This document shows positions 48,832-58,966 of a stretch of DNA of 64,000 nucleotides, piece by piece (position 1 is the stretch's first letter; each line of letters starts with the position of its first letter). The notes beneath the pieces are model-generated. The model did not search any database. It was not told where the DNA came from and worked only from the letters and a program-made list of their open reading frames with translations. A program made the position numbers and the translations under genes. This DNA comes from Promethearchaeota archaeon (GTDB lineage: Archaea; Asgardarchaeota; Lokiarchaeia; Sigyniarchaeales; SOKP01), in the NCBI GenBank assembly GCA_019058245.1, contig JAHPZJ010000013.1:265166-329165 (forward strand), read 5' to 3'.

Positions 48832-50982
48832 TTATTTTTTTATTGTAATTTTAATATCTACAGCACTATAACCTTTCATAAATGATAGTAGAGGATTAAT
48901 ATCTAGTTCAACTATCTCTGGAAAATCTGTTATGAGCTGTGAAAGTCTAAGCATAACATCTATGACTGCTTCAATATCAGATGGAGGTTCACCTCTTACT
49001 CCTTGTAAAAGACTAAAAATTTTTGTATTTTCAATTTGTTGTTTAACGATTTCTCTTGTATATTTATATCCTAATGCAAATGATACATCCTTCATAAAAT
49101 TGGCATAAATTCCTCCCGTTCCAAACATTAATATATTTCCGAAACATGGATCCTGTGACATTCCAATTATTATCTCATTGATTTTTTCTTGGGATTTGAA
49201 ATCAATCATCTCTTGTATTTCTACCCCATAAATCTTTGCATTTTGGGGACCATATTTTTTAGCATTATTGACAATTTGTATATAGGCTTCGAATGCATCT
49301 TGTTCTGTTTCAATATTTAATAAAATACCGCCGACATCTGTTTTATGAATTATTTGCGGACTTACAATTTTCATTACAGTTTTTCCAATTTGAGATTGTA
49401 ATTTCATTGCTTTTCTTGGAGTTTGGGCTAACCTTGATTTTGGCGATTTTATCCCATAGCAATCAAAAATTTCGCTAGTTTCAAAGCTTAATAAAACCGT
49501 TCTATTATCATCTCTTACGTTATCAAATATTTCCTTTACCCTTGCTTTATTTACTTTAAAAGAGGGAACTTCCAACATCTCTAGTGGTATACTATTCAAA
49601 TAGATACGTCGTTTTATCAATGTTTTCAAAGAATGAGCAGCTCTATCTGGGAAATGATAACAAGGAATATGATTTCTTTTTAAATAATCTCTACCTTCAG
49701 AAATATTCTTTCCACCAATAAAAGAACAAACAATAGGTATATCTTTTAAATGAGTGGAAGATATCCTATAAATAAGTTCCGCAACTTCAGAGGGTTTTGT
49801 TTGAGCTTGAGGTGTTACTATTATTAAAGCTCCTTGGGTAGTTATTTCGCCCAAATCTTGATTAGAATTAATTCCAAATATAATTTTCATAGTAAATTCA
49901 TAACGATCTGGGGCAGCATCTCCAACAATATCAATTGGATTAAAAATTGCAGCTTCTAAAGGTAAATTTTCTCTTAGTAAGTGCAAAATTTCTTCTGAAA
50001 AGCTTGAAAACTTTAATCCTTCACGTTCAAATGCATCTGTAGCAACAATTCCAGGACCACCTGCATTAGTAATTATAGCAAAAGAATTTTTTTGAGGAAT
50101 TGGTTGGTAAAGAAAGATTTCTCCATAATCGAAAAGATCTTCTATAGTATTTGCTCTGATTACTCCACATTTTTCAAAAGCTAAATCATACGCTAGATCT
50201 GCTCCTGCTAATGCCCCTGTATGGCTGGATGCGGCTCTAGCTCCTGCTTCACTTACTCCAGATTTTAAAATTACAATTGGTTTTTTTCTTGTTGCCTTTG
50301 GTAAAACTTCTAAGAATCTATCTCCATCCTTAATACTCTCCAAATAACATAAAATAACTTTTGTATTGTCATCATCTGATAGATATTCTATAAAATCTAC
50401 AGCACCTAAATCTGCTTTATTACCTAGACTTATATTACATGAGAATCCAAATGCTTGTGTCATAGAATAATCCATCATCCCCGTAAGCATGGCTCCAGAT
50501 TGTGAAATCATAGCTATCTCCCCGTTTTTAGGTGTTTCTGCAGCAAATGAACCATTATAGTTGAGTCCAATAAATCCTAAGCAATTTGGACCCAAAATTC
50601 TCATATTATATTTCTTCCCAATTTTAATTAGTTCCTCTTCTCTTTTAACTCCTTCCCCGCCAATTTCTTTAAATCCTGCTGAAATGATGATTAATCCTTT
50701 TACACCTTTTTTTCCACACTCTTTAGCAGCTAAATTTACGAATTTACTTGGTATAACAAAAATAGCAACATCAATATCTTCATTAATGTCTAATACAGTT
50801 TTAAAGCATAGAAGTTCGCAGATTTTATTTGATTTAGGATTAATGGGAAAAATTTTTCCTTTATATCCTGAATTAATGATATTTAATAACACAGTATTCC
50901 CAACTTTTCCTTTAGTTCCACTAGCTCCTATTACAGCTATGCTTTTTGGATCGAAGAAAAAAGAGATATCGTTTTTAGCCAT
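48832..50982 (-). CDS. Acetate--CoA ligase (ADP-forming), fused alpha/beta
   Basis: PKSIAVIGAS, GPNCLG, SQSGA, SHTG phospho-His, TNAGGPG, NPIDI, HKTDVGG, ELDINP. Confidence 0.93.
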   Translation of the reverse strand: MAKNDISFFFDPKSIAVIGASGTKGKVGNTVLLNIINSGYKGKIFPINPKSNKICELLCFKTVLDINEDIDVAIFVIPSKFVNLAAKECGKKGVKGLIIISAGFKEIGGEGVKREEELIKIGKKYNMRILGPNCLGFIGLNYNGSFAAETPKNGEIAMISQSGAMLTGMMDYSMTQAFGFSCNISLGNKADLGAVDFIEYLSDDDNTKVILCYLESIKDGDRFLEVLPKATRKKPIVILKSGVSEAGARAASSHTGALAGADLAYDLAFEKCGVIRANTIEDLFDYGEIFLYQPIPQKNSFAIITNAGGPGIVATDAFEREGLKFSSFSEEILHLLRENLPLEAAIFNPIDIVGDAAPDRYEFTMKIIFGINSNQDLGEITTQGALIIVTPQAQTKPSEVAELIYRISSTHLKDIPIVCSFIGGKNISEGRDYLKRNHIPCYHFPDRAAHSLKTLIKRRIYLNSIPLEMLEVPSFKVNKARVKEIFDNVRDDNRTVLLSFETSEIFDCYGIKSPKSRLAQTPRKAMKLQSQIGKTVMKIVSPQIIHKTDVGGILLNIETEQDAFEAYIQIVNNAKKYGPQNAKIYGVEIQEMIDFKSQEKINEIIIGMSQDPCFGNILMFGTGGIYANFMKDVSFALGYKYTREIVKQQIENTKIFSLLQGVRGEPPSDIEAVIDVMLRLSQLITDFPEIVELDINPLLSFMKGYSAVDIKITIKK

Positions 50983-51135
50983 TTTTGTATCTGATTTAAC
51001 TATAATCTAAAAAATTGTATATAAAAATTTATAATTGTAATTACTTTTAAAGTTTTCATTGATTAAAAATACATCTGAATCAAAGAAGTGGAAAAACATA
51101 ACTATTAAAAGGAAAGGAACTATTTTTCTTGTATA

Positions 51136-51612
51136 ATGACAAATATAGTTATTATTACTTCAAAAGGAAACATTAATTTAAGATTATTTGATAACGATGC
51201 CCCTAAGACCGTCGCTAGCTTTCTCTACTTAATAAACCAGAAATTTTATAACGGGATTGTTTTTCATCGTGTTATTACCGATTTTATGATACAAGTTGGC
51301 TGTCCTTTGGGACGGGGTACAGGCGGACCTAAGGATAAAGGAATTAATTCTTTTCCTTATCAAGGTCAACAAATTCCTTATCCTTTTGCGGATGAATTTC
51401 AGAGTGGAAGAATTTTTGATAAACCAGGCATTCTAGCTATGGCAAATGCAGGACCGAATACTAATGGCTCTCAAATCTTTATTACTCATGTACCAACACC
51501 ATGGTTAAATAATAAACATACGATTTTTGGAGAAGTAATAAGTGCAACAGATCAATCTGTAGTAGATACGATTGCCCAAGGAGATAAAATTCTTGAGATT
51601 AAGATAATTTAA
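51136..51612 (+). CDS. Cyclophilin-type peptidyl-prolyl isomerase
   Basis: FYNGIVFHRVI, LAMANAGPNTNGSQIFI, WLNNKHTIFG. Confidence 0.95.
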   Translation: MTNIVIITSKGNINLRLFDNDAPKTVASFLYLINQKFYNGIVFHRVITDFMIQVGCPLGRGTGGPKDKGINSFPYQGQQIPYPFADEFQSGRIFDKPGILAMANAGPNTNGSQIFITHVPTPWLNNKHTIFGEVISATDQSVVDTIAQGDKILEIKII

Positions 51613-51815
51613 AAAATTTAATCTTATTTTTTGGATAACTTGTTTTTTTCTTTTAACTTAAACTAATTCCAATCATAATTAAAAAATGCTTGAAATGAAA
51701 TTTAATTCATATTAAATCTATTAAGAAGACTAAAAATTTATAGATATGAACTTTATTAATAAGTTAGAAGCATCAATAATTTCTTGATTAAATCACTTGA
51801 TTGGATAATTAGAAC

Positions 51816-53096
51816 ATGAATAAAAATTTTATAGATAAAATTAATACGATTGAAAAAGAATCCAAATCAATTTCTGAATTAGAAGAAAAAATTCAGTCTT
51901 TAGAGGAAGAAATAAAGCGTCAGAGATTTACTATAAAAGAACAAAAACTATTAATAGAAAATCTACAAAATCAAATCAAAAATGATGAAGTGGAAAAAGC
52001 AGAATTACCGAGTGAAATAGATATATTAAAAGAGATTATCACTTCACAAAGACGAGATTTAGATAAAAAAACTAAAAAGCTTGAAAAACTAAATGATAAG
52101 TTATTTGAACTAAATTCGGGATTAGAAAGTGAGGAAAATTTAAAAACGCAATATGGAGAATCTGATGAATTTCTTGAAACTCAAAAATTAATTTCCCAAT
52201 TAACTGTTGAAAATGAAAATCAAAAGAATCAAATAGAGGATTTAAAAGCTCAAATAGATGAAATACAATCAGAAAAGAGTATTATTAAGGAAAGAATGGA
52301 AAAAGAAACTGCAGCTAAAATAAATGATGAGATAGCGAATTTTAAAAGATTAAACTTCGAATTAATGGAAGAAAATGGGACATTACGAAGAGAAATTGAA
52401 TCATTAAAAAATAAATTGAATTTACAAACAGAAGTAATAACTTCAGAAGAATTAACATTAGCAAATAATAAAATTAATATTCTCACATCAGAAATAGAAG
52501 ATCTTGAAGCTCAGATTAAATATCTTCAAGAAAATCAGAAAAAACCAGATGAGCCTGTAATAGTCTCAACTGAAGATGCATTAGAATTTACGAAATTAAG
52601 AGATAATTTTGACATTACTAAAGCAGAATTATTAAAAGAACAAAATGAAAATCAAAATCTAAGAGAAATCATAAATCAATTAAAAAAGGATATGATAAAA
52701 TATCGACAAAAAACTGAAATCAAATTACCTGAGGTTAAAAATCTCTCAAAACGTATGAAACAATCTCTATTTTTTAGAATGTATGAATTTTTGGATGAAT
52801 ACAATAGACATAAAGTAATTAATTATCTTATTCAAGATTTAAAGACAGGTAATTATCAAGTTAAGAGAAATTCTATAAAAATATTAAGTGTTCTGAAAAA
52901 TAAAAGAATTTATGATACCTTTTTAAAAATGATAAATGATAAAGATTGGATAGTAAGATATTGTATCATTAAAGCACTAAGTACATTTGAAGATAAAAAT
53001 AATGAGTTAAAACTGATTTTCCAAGGCTTTTTAAATGATGCTGATGTCGATGTGAGAGAACTCGCAATAAAAATTTTGAAAGAATTTCCTAAATAA
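51816..53096 (+). CDS. Long coiled-coil protein with C-terminal HEAT repeats
   Basis: Heptad-rich E/K/Q region; DKDWIVRYC..KAL and DADVDVRELA HEAT motifs. Confidence 0.8.
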   Translation: MNKNFIDKINTIEKESKSISELEEKIQSLEEEIKRQRFTIKEQKLLIENLQNQIKNDEVEKAELPSEIDILKEIITSQRRDLDKKTKKLEKLNDKLFELNSGLESEENLKTQYGESDEFLETQKLISQLTVENENQKNQIEDLKAQIDEIQSEKSIIKERMEKETAAKINDEIANFKRLNFELMEENGTLRREIESLKNKLNLQTEVITSEELTLANNKINILTSEIEDLEAQIKYLQENQKKPDEPVIVSTEDALEFTKLRDNFDITKAELLKEQNENQNLREIINQLKKDMIKYRQKTEIKLPEVKNLSKRMKQSLFFRMYEFLDEYNRHKVINYLIQDLKTGNYQVKRNSIKILSVLKNKRIYDTFLKMINDKDWIVRYCIIKALSTFEDKNNELKLIFQGFLNDADVDVRELAIKILKEFPK

Positions 53097-53193
53097 TGTC
53101 TTTAGTTGACAGATTTGTAATATAGTAATAGTGGTATTCATAAAAAATAATACTTTAATCTAATTAAAGGCTTTAACAAATGGATAATCAATT

Positions 53194-53457
53194 ATGGGTC
53201 GAAGGCTTTTCACAATCGATAGATGGAATTGGAGTCAAAAAGCAGAAAAATGGGTTTTTGTTGAACTAACTAAAAGTGGCAAGAAAAAATACCATTATCA
53301 AATAGAACCCCCCAAAGAATTCATTGAATTAACTATTAAAATGAAAGAACTAAATGAAAAATTATTGAACACTTCAGATCCTGGAGAAAATTCGAAAATT
53401 TTTGGTGAATTGATGATAGTGTCCCAAAAAATGCAGGAAATGGGTAAACCAAGTTAA
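53194..53457 (+). CDS. Hypothetical protein
   Basis: 87-aa ORF with ATG; plausible composition. Confidence 0.65.
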   Translation: MGRRLFTIDRWNWSQKAEKWVFVELTKSGKKKYHYQIEPPKEFIELTIKMKELNEKLLNTSDPGENSKIFGELMIVSQKMQEMGKPS

Positions 53458-54203
53458 TTATAATATTTAATATCCTTTCTTGAAAGATAATCTGCTAAAT
53501 AAAGAGGTTCAGGTTGTCTATGATTTATTGTAGTTGCTAAACAAATCTTTAAGGCTAGATTAAGTGAAATTTTATAACCCTCACTAATAAAAACAGGCTT
53601 ATTTCCACTATTCAAGCATACAGCATATCCTAATAAATCATTTGATTCTTCTTTACCCAAGTATTTGGGGTTTTTTGCCCATATTGAAGATTTATTTCCT
53701 TTAACTCTCTCAATTTTGTGCCAATCTGAAAATCCAATAAATGGGTTTTTTGCGATTCCTATGCTAGGAATATCTAAAGCATAACCTAAATGTACGGCTT
53801 CACCGAATCTTCTAGGATGAATTTTACCATGTCCATCACACATTATTAAATCAGGTTTATTTGGAACTTTTGAAATCACCTTAGCTAATAATTTACATTC
53901 TCTAAATCCTAAAAAACTTGGTTTATAAGGGAATTTAATAGGATCTTTGGTTGTTAAAAAATGACTTTCTTTTAAATTTTCTTTTAAATTCCAAATAACG
54001 GCACAAGCAATACCATATTCATTATTATTATCTTTAAAATATGAGATATCAACTCCAGCAATTGTATTAATATGCTTTATGCTAGTAAAATATTCATTCT
54101 TTGAGATTTTTTTCATTAAATTTTGATATTTAATTTGGATTGCTTCTGCCCGCTCAAATGAATAATCATCTCTTATTAATTCTTGAATAATGGTCATTCT
54201 CAA
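53454..54203 (-). CDS. nfi: Endonuclease V
   Basis: AGVDISY, FPYKPSFLGFRE, DGHGKIHPRRFG, IGIAK, QPEPLYLAD. Confidence 0.93.
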   Translation of the reverse strand: MRMTIIQELIRDDYSFERAEAIQIKYQNLMKKISKNEYFTSIKHINTIAGVDISYFKDNNNEYGIACAVIWNLKENLKESHFLTTKDPIKFPYKPSFLGFRECKLLAKVISKVPNKPDLIMCDGHGKIHPRRFGEAVHLGYALDIPSIGIAKNPFIGFSDWHKIERVKGNKSSIWAKNPKYLGKEESNDLLGYAVCLNSGNKPVFISEGYKISLNLALKICLATTINHRQPEPLYLADYLSRKDIKYYN

Positions 54204-54362
54204 AGAAATATTTTATATCTCTTATTTATTATTAAATTTAGACAGTTTATTATTATTATAGTTTAGAAATTTGCTCCAAATTTTTTAAATTTATAAAAAT
54301 AACATTTAATTTATCTCGAATTCTTATAAATTTATAATCTTAATTAATTTGGTTTTCTTTTT

Positions 54363-55166
54363 ATGAAATTAGCTGTATCAGGTAAAGGAGGAGTAGGAAA
54401 AACCTTAGTTGCTGGAATTTTAGCAAGAATGTTTGCAAAGGATGGCGTTAAAGTTCTAGCAATTGATAATGATTCTGCAATGAATCTGAGTTATACTTTA
54501 GGGATTGATGAAAAAACCAAAGAAAATATCATCCCAATTAAGGAAATGAAATCAATGATAGAAAAAAGGACTCTTGTAAAAGGTGGGGGTCCTGGAGTTT
54601 ATAATATAAACCCAGAAGTAGCTGACATACCCGATAGATATAAAGTATCCGGTCCAGACGGATTACAATTATTGGTTTTAGGAGGAATTGAAGAACCGGC
54701 AACAGGATGTTTATGCCCTGAAAATGCATTAATAAGAACTTTATTATATAACTTATTTGTTAAAAGAGATGAAGTCATAATTGTTGATTTTGAAGCAGGC
54801 ATTGAGCATTTAGGACGAGGGACAGCAAAAGGAATTGATTTAATGTTGGTAATAACAGAGCCCTCTCAAAAATCTTTAGATCTCTGTAAAAAAATAATAG
54901 ATTTATCAAAAAAATTGGGAGTAATAAACATTTATTTAATAGCCAATAAAATAACTGATGAAAGTCAAACAGAAATAATAAATCAAAAGATAAAAAATTG
55001 GGAAGTTCCACTTTATCATTCGATTCCTTTTGACCCTAATATAGCTAAAGCTGATTTAGAAGGTAAATCTCCAATTGATTTTAACTCAAATTCAAAAGGG
55101 ATTTTATCAATAAAAAATCTTTATGAGAAATTAAAAAAATTAAAAAAAGAATTATTTGATATATAA
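54363..55166 (+). CDS. cooC: CooC-type nickel-insertion ATPase
   Basis: SGKGGVGKT, GCLCPEN, DFEAGIEHLGRG. Confidence 0.9.
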   Translation: MKLAVSGKGGVGKTLVAGILARMFAKDGVKVLAIDNDSAMNLSYTLGIDEKTKENIIPIKEMKSMIEKRTLVKGGGPGVYNINPEVADIPDRYKVSGPDGLQLLVLGGIEEPATGCLCPENALIRTLLYNLFVKRDEVIIVDFEAGIEHLGRGTAKGIDLMLVITEPSQKSLDLCKKIIDLSKKLGVINIYLIANKITDESQTEIINQKIKNWEVPLYHSIPFDPNIAKADLEGKSPIDFNSNSKGILSIKNLYEKLKKLKKELFDI

Positions 55167-55197
55167 AGTACAAAAATTACCAGTTTAAACTCATTAA

Positions 55198-55734
55198 TTA
55201 AATAAAGGATTTATCGAATATACCTGAAAAAACAGGAATTATATAAAAAGATAATATTAATCCAATAAAAAGATGGATACTCCAATAAAGATATAGTGGT
55301 TTTCCAGAATTCAGTGTCTTATCGTTATTAGTTTCCCTTTCCTTATATTTATTAATAAAAAAATAAATAGTCACTAAAGCAATAATACAAATGGGTTGTA
55401 AGAATAAAAAAGAGACGTAAACTTGAATAGGAGGATCCCCCCCAAAACTCATATTTAAATGAGTTCCAATTATAATTGTATTAATTAATATTGTTGAAAT
55501 TATATAGGAAAGAGGATACATACCAATTATGAAAGCATATTCTAATTTTTCGCGATATAATTGAATCATAACAACTATTACTTCAAGAAGAATTATCAAA
55601 TTAATTAATGTCAAATAACTAAAAGTTGTCGGATAATAAAATAACTGTGAAATTACAAATATTATATAAGAAACCGCATAACCTAATAAAATTATATAAA
55701 AGTTCTCTTTTTTGAGATTTTGATTTTCTTGCAT
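55198..55734 (-). CDS. Hypothetical membrane protein (about 5 TM)
   Basis: Multiple hydrophobic segments. Confidence 0.68.
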   Translation of the reverse strand: MQENQNLKKENFYIILLGYAVSYIIFVISQLFYYPTTFSYLTLINLIILLEVIVVMIQLYREKLEYAFIIGMYPLSYIISTILINTIIIGTHLNMSFGGDPPIQVYVSFLFLQPICIIALVTIYFFINKYKERETNNDKTLNSGKPLYLYWSIHLFIGLILSFYIIPVFSGIFDKSFI

Positions 55735-55912
55735 TTTAATCTTCTATAATATGTAATTTAATTGGATTAATATATCTTTAAAAATATTGAATTTCAATAT
55801 AAAATTTACTTCGTTTCTCAATTAAACTTTTTTTTTTTAAGATTTAAAATGTTAAATAAAACGATTAAATAATATATACTATATAAGAATAAGAAAGAAT
55901 GACAAAATATTT

Positions 55913-56155
55913 TTAAACTATATCTGTAAAATCTAAATTCTGATCTTCTGCAATTTCCTTCCATTGTTCTATCGCTTCTAATGCGTCTTTTTCATCCATC
56001 ATCTCTATGGCATAACCGGCATGAACCACTACATATTTACCTATTTTTGGATTTTGAATTAATGCAATAATTACATTTTGTTTAATCCCATCAAAATCTA
56101 CTAAGGCAGAATTCTGATTGATTTCTAATATTTTACCAGGAATTGCTAAACACAT
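55913..56155 (-). CDS. hypC: Hydrogenase maturation chaperone HypC
   Basis: MCLAIPG and YVVVHAGYA. Confidence 0.95.
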   Translation of the reverse strand: MCLAIPGKILEINQNSALVDFDGIKQNVIIALIQNPKIGKYVVVHAGYAIEMMDEKDALEAIEQWKEIAEDQNLDFTDIV

Positions 56156-56258
56156 ATAAAATCTCTAATTGAAGCTTAATGTGTAATTTCTATAATTCTT
56201 TTAGATAAATAAAATTAATCCTTTTTATAAGAAAATTTTACAGATTTTATAACAAAAG

Positions 56259-57062
56259 CTAAGAGTTTGATGGTTTACCGGAGTAAAAATTGATTAAATC
56301 ATCCAACCAATTGAAAATTTCTACTTTAGTTAAATTATCAATATTAAACTTTAATCTTTCTAATTCTCTAACAATATTTCTTATATCTAAAGGAACTGAT
56401 TTTTGACAGAGTTCAAACATAAATTCATTGCTTTTAGATACTAAAGATTTTATTTCAGAATCCATAGGATCAAACATGGGCGTGTTATCGATTTCGTCCA
56501 CGCTTCTATCAAAATCTACAAGAAGATTTATTAAATCAAAAAGTCTTCCTGTTTCATTTCCCTTAAATGCTTTGTTAAATTGAAAGTAGTATCCTTTGTA
56601 ATCATCAATAGGGATTAATTCTGAATATTGGTTTGCTATTTTGATCACAGATTTGAAATGTTTATAAAGATTTGATGGAGACCATGAATATATATCAAAG
56701 CTCGTCTCTACTTCGTTACTTCGTATATCTAAATTAAATTTATGTTCATCTTTAAAATAACCAAATGGAATAATAACAAAATCTAATGAGTTTGTAGAAT
56801 TGTTTCTTAAATTAAAATTCAAATCATCAATAGTATATGCTTGATCAATTGAATGCTTATATAAATCAAATCTAACTTTTTTAATATCTGGTTTGTACAT
56901 ATAGAATATTAACCCTTCAAATCCTTGAAGACTAAATTCTATTGAAAACTCGACATTTTTTTTACTTTTCGCCTCATTATTAAATCTTGCATTAAGAAAT
57001 AGATGATAATAATTTTCAAGATGCTGAAAAAACCATGGAGTATCACGTTTTAAATTAAACAT
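56259..57062 (-). CDS. Hypothetical protein
   Basis: 267-aa ORF with upstream GGAG; no motif recognised. Confidence 0.68.
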   Translation of the reverse strand: MFNLKRDTPWFFQHLENYYHLFLNARFNNEAKSKKNVEFSIEFSLQGFEGLIFYMYKPDIKKVRFDLYKHSIDQAYTIDDLNFNLRNNSTNSLDFVIIPFGYFKDEHKFNLDIRSNEVETSFDIYSWSPSNLYKHFKSVIKIANQYSELIPIDDYKGYYFQFNKAFKGNETGRLFDLINLLVDFDRSVDEIDNTPMFDPMDSEIKSLVSKSNEFMFELCQKSVPLDIRNIVRELERLKFNIDNLTKVEIFNWLDDLINFYSGKPSNS

Positions 57063-57264
57063 TATTATATTAACTCCCTATTCCTTTTATTAACTTCCAT
57101 TTGATATTCCCTTAGATAAATACAAACAAGTGAATGAATTTTACATAATTATAAAATTTCAATTTATAAAATAATTTATTCTTATTTAAATCTTACAATC
57201 ATAATTCGAATGTTAAAGAAAATAAAAGAAAATAAAAAAAATAAAAAAATTTATTGATAGTAGC

Positions 57265-58146
57265 TTAGAGATTTTCAATAGCTGTATTTCGTCTAGTTCG
57301 ATGGTTTTTTAAACCAATCTCCTCAGAATTTACACCCATTGCTAAAGCTAATAATTCAGTTACATATAATACTGGAATATTATATTCAGATTCAAATTTC
57401 TTTGAAAGATTTCGCTGTTCACCATCCAACCGTTGAAAACACGCTGGACAATTTACAACGATACAATTAGCGCCAGCTTTTTTAATCGAATCAAGTTTTT
57501 GCTTCAATATTGCATCTCCATGTTCTGGAAAAGGTCCAGCAACAGCATTTCCACAACAAAGTCCTAATTCTTCGTAATCAACAACATTAGCTCCCGAAGC
57601 AGCAACAATTTCTTTCAAATTTTTTGGACGTAGAGGATCATCAGAATCCATCCATTCAACAGGTCTCATGTAATGACAACCTGGGTGGCAAGCAACCTTT
57701 AGATCACTCATCTGCTTTGTAATTCCTCCTTTTATTGCATTTAATTTTGATAGTAAAACATCAACAAAATGTTTTACATCAATGGAACCTTTATATTCCT
57801 TTCCAATCTTGGCCAATTCTTTGTTTATGGCCTCTTTTTTATTGGAATCATGCTTTAATTGATGTTGTACTCCACGAAGTGTATTAGCACAACCATTACA
57901 AAGCGAAATTATATCTTTACCTTCAGCTTCAGCCAAACATAAATTTCGAGCACCTAAAGCTAACCAAGTGGTATTATCAAAACTTTTAACTCCAGTAGGA
58001 TCTGGACAACATGCAAAAGGAGCTTGTGAAGTTTGCACTCCAATTTTATCAAAAACTTTTCTGGAAGCTGCTTCAATAAACGGAATTCTGTTTCCAATAG
58101 TACACCCTTCAAACATTTTATATTCTGTCATTTTGTTTTCCTCCAT
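57265..58146 (-). CDS. hdrB: Heterodisulfide reductase subunit B
   Basis: Two CCG domains: FEGC...CCP...CNGC and HPGCH...CCG...CPAC. Confidence 0.93.
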   Translation of the reverse strand: MEENKMTEYKMFEGCTIGNRIPFIEAASRKVFDKIGVQTSQAPFACCPDPTGVKSFDNTTWLALGARNLCLAEAEGKDIISLCNGCANTLRGVQHQLKHDSNKKEAINKELAKIGKEYKGSIDVKHFVDVLLSKLNAIKGGITKQMSDLKVACHPGCHYMRPVEWMDSDDPLRPKNLKEIVAASGANVVDYEELGLCCGNAVAGPFPEHGDAILKQKLDSIKKAGANCIVVNCPACFQRLDGEQRNLSKKFESEYNIPVLYVTELLALAMGVNSEEIGLKNHRTRRNTAIENL

Positions 58147-58670
58147 TATAATTTTTTATCAGCACCTACTGCTTTTAATAAAGTTTGAACTTCATTGACA
58201 TCTGGTGTAACAACACCAGGTAAGCCTAATTGCTCACGTCTTCTCTCGATAGCTGGTTGAGATGGAATTGCTTTACCACTTTCAAATACTGTTTTTGCTT
58301 GAGCTACAATATTATCAGGTGCCAGTCCTGCTCCTGTTGTAACGTTTTTTGCTAATGCTATTATTTCCGTAACCTCAATCGCCTGAGGACAAACAGTATC
58401 ACAAGTATCGCATACTGTACAACCCCATGGTATGATTGCAGATTTTGTGCCTGCTAACATCATTACTACATCTTTATATCCTAAAAGAGTTCCTAAAACA
58501 ATTAATCTAGGATCAAAAACGTTTTCATAAAAAGGATTAGCTACAGAGGCAACAGGACAATTATCCGTACATCTATTACATTGATAACAGTATTTGATTT
58601 TATCAGATCCAATATGAACGTCCATTATTAATTTCCTAAATTCAAAATCTATACCTACAGGTAATGCCAT
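58146..58670 (-). CDS. hdrC: Heterodisulfide reductase subunit C
   Basis: CYQCNRCTDNCP and CTVCDTCDTVCP; stop overlaps the hdrB start (TAATG). Confidence 0.92.
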   Translation of the reverse strand: MALPVGIDFEFRKLIMDVHIGSDKIKYCYQCNRCTDNCPVASVANPFYENVFDPRLIVLGTLLGYKDVVMMLAGTKSAIIPWGCTVCDTCDTVCPQAIEVTEIIALAKNVTTGAGLAPDNIVAQAKTVFESGKAIPSQPAIERRREQLGLPGVVTPDVNEVQTLLKAVGADKKL

Positions 58671-58720
58671 TTTTTTCACGTTTTTTTTGAGTTTTTTTCA
58701 TTTCATTTTTACTTATTTTT

Positions 58721-58795
58721 TGTTGGTTTTAACCCATGCAAGGGCAGTCATATCCAATCTATTATTTTTATTGGATAATTCATCCTAAACCAACA
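58721..58795 (-). promoter_or_regulatory. Eukaryote-type SECIS element of vhuU
   Basis: Minus-strand UGUUGGUUUagg-AUGAA-uUAUCCAAU-AAAAAuaauag-AUUGGAUA-UGAC...AAACCAACA: AUGA/GA core, 8-bp helix II, apical A-run, 9-bp outer helix. Confidence 0.8.
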
Positions 58796-58929
58796 TTTAG
58801 CTCACGAGAGTAAATTTCTTTACCCCTCTCATCAACAACAGTGATGTGAGCGGCACATGATAGTCAACAATCATAACATCGAACTATCATTTCCAAGACA
58901 TTTACTACTCCTTCTGGTATATCACTCAT
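58780..58929 (-). CDS. vhuU: Selenocysteine-containing [NiFeSe] hydrogenase small peptide VhuU (in-frame UGA at 58864-58866)
   Basis: Manual translation MSDIPEGVVNVLEMIVRCYDC-U-LSCAAHITVVDERGKEIYSRELNVGLG; supplies the C-terminal Ni-binding motif missing from the upstream large subunit. Confidence 0.92.
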
Positions 58930-58966
58930 TTTTTTTATTCACGCTCTATATTAATTTTGAATTAAT

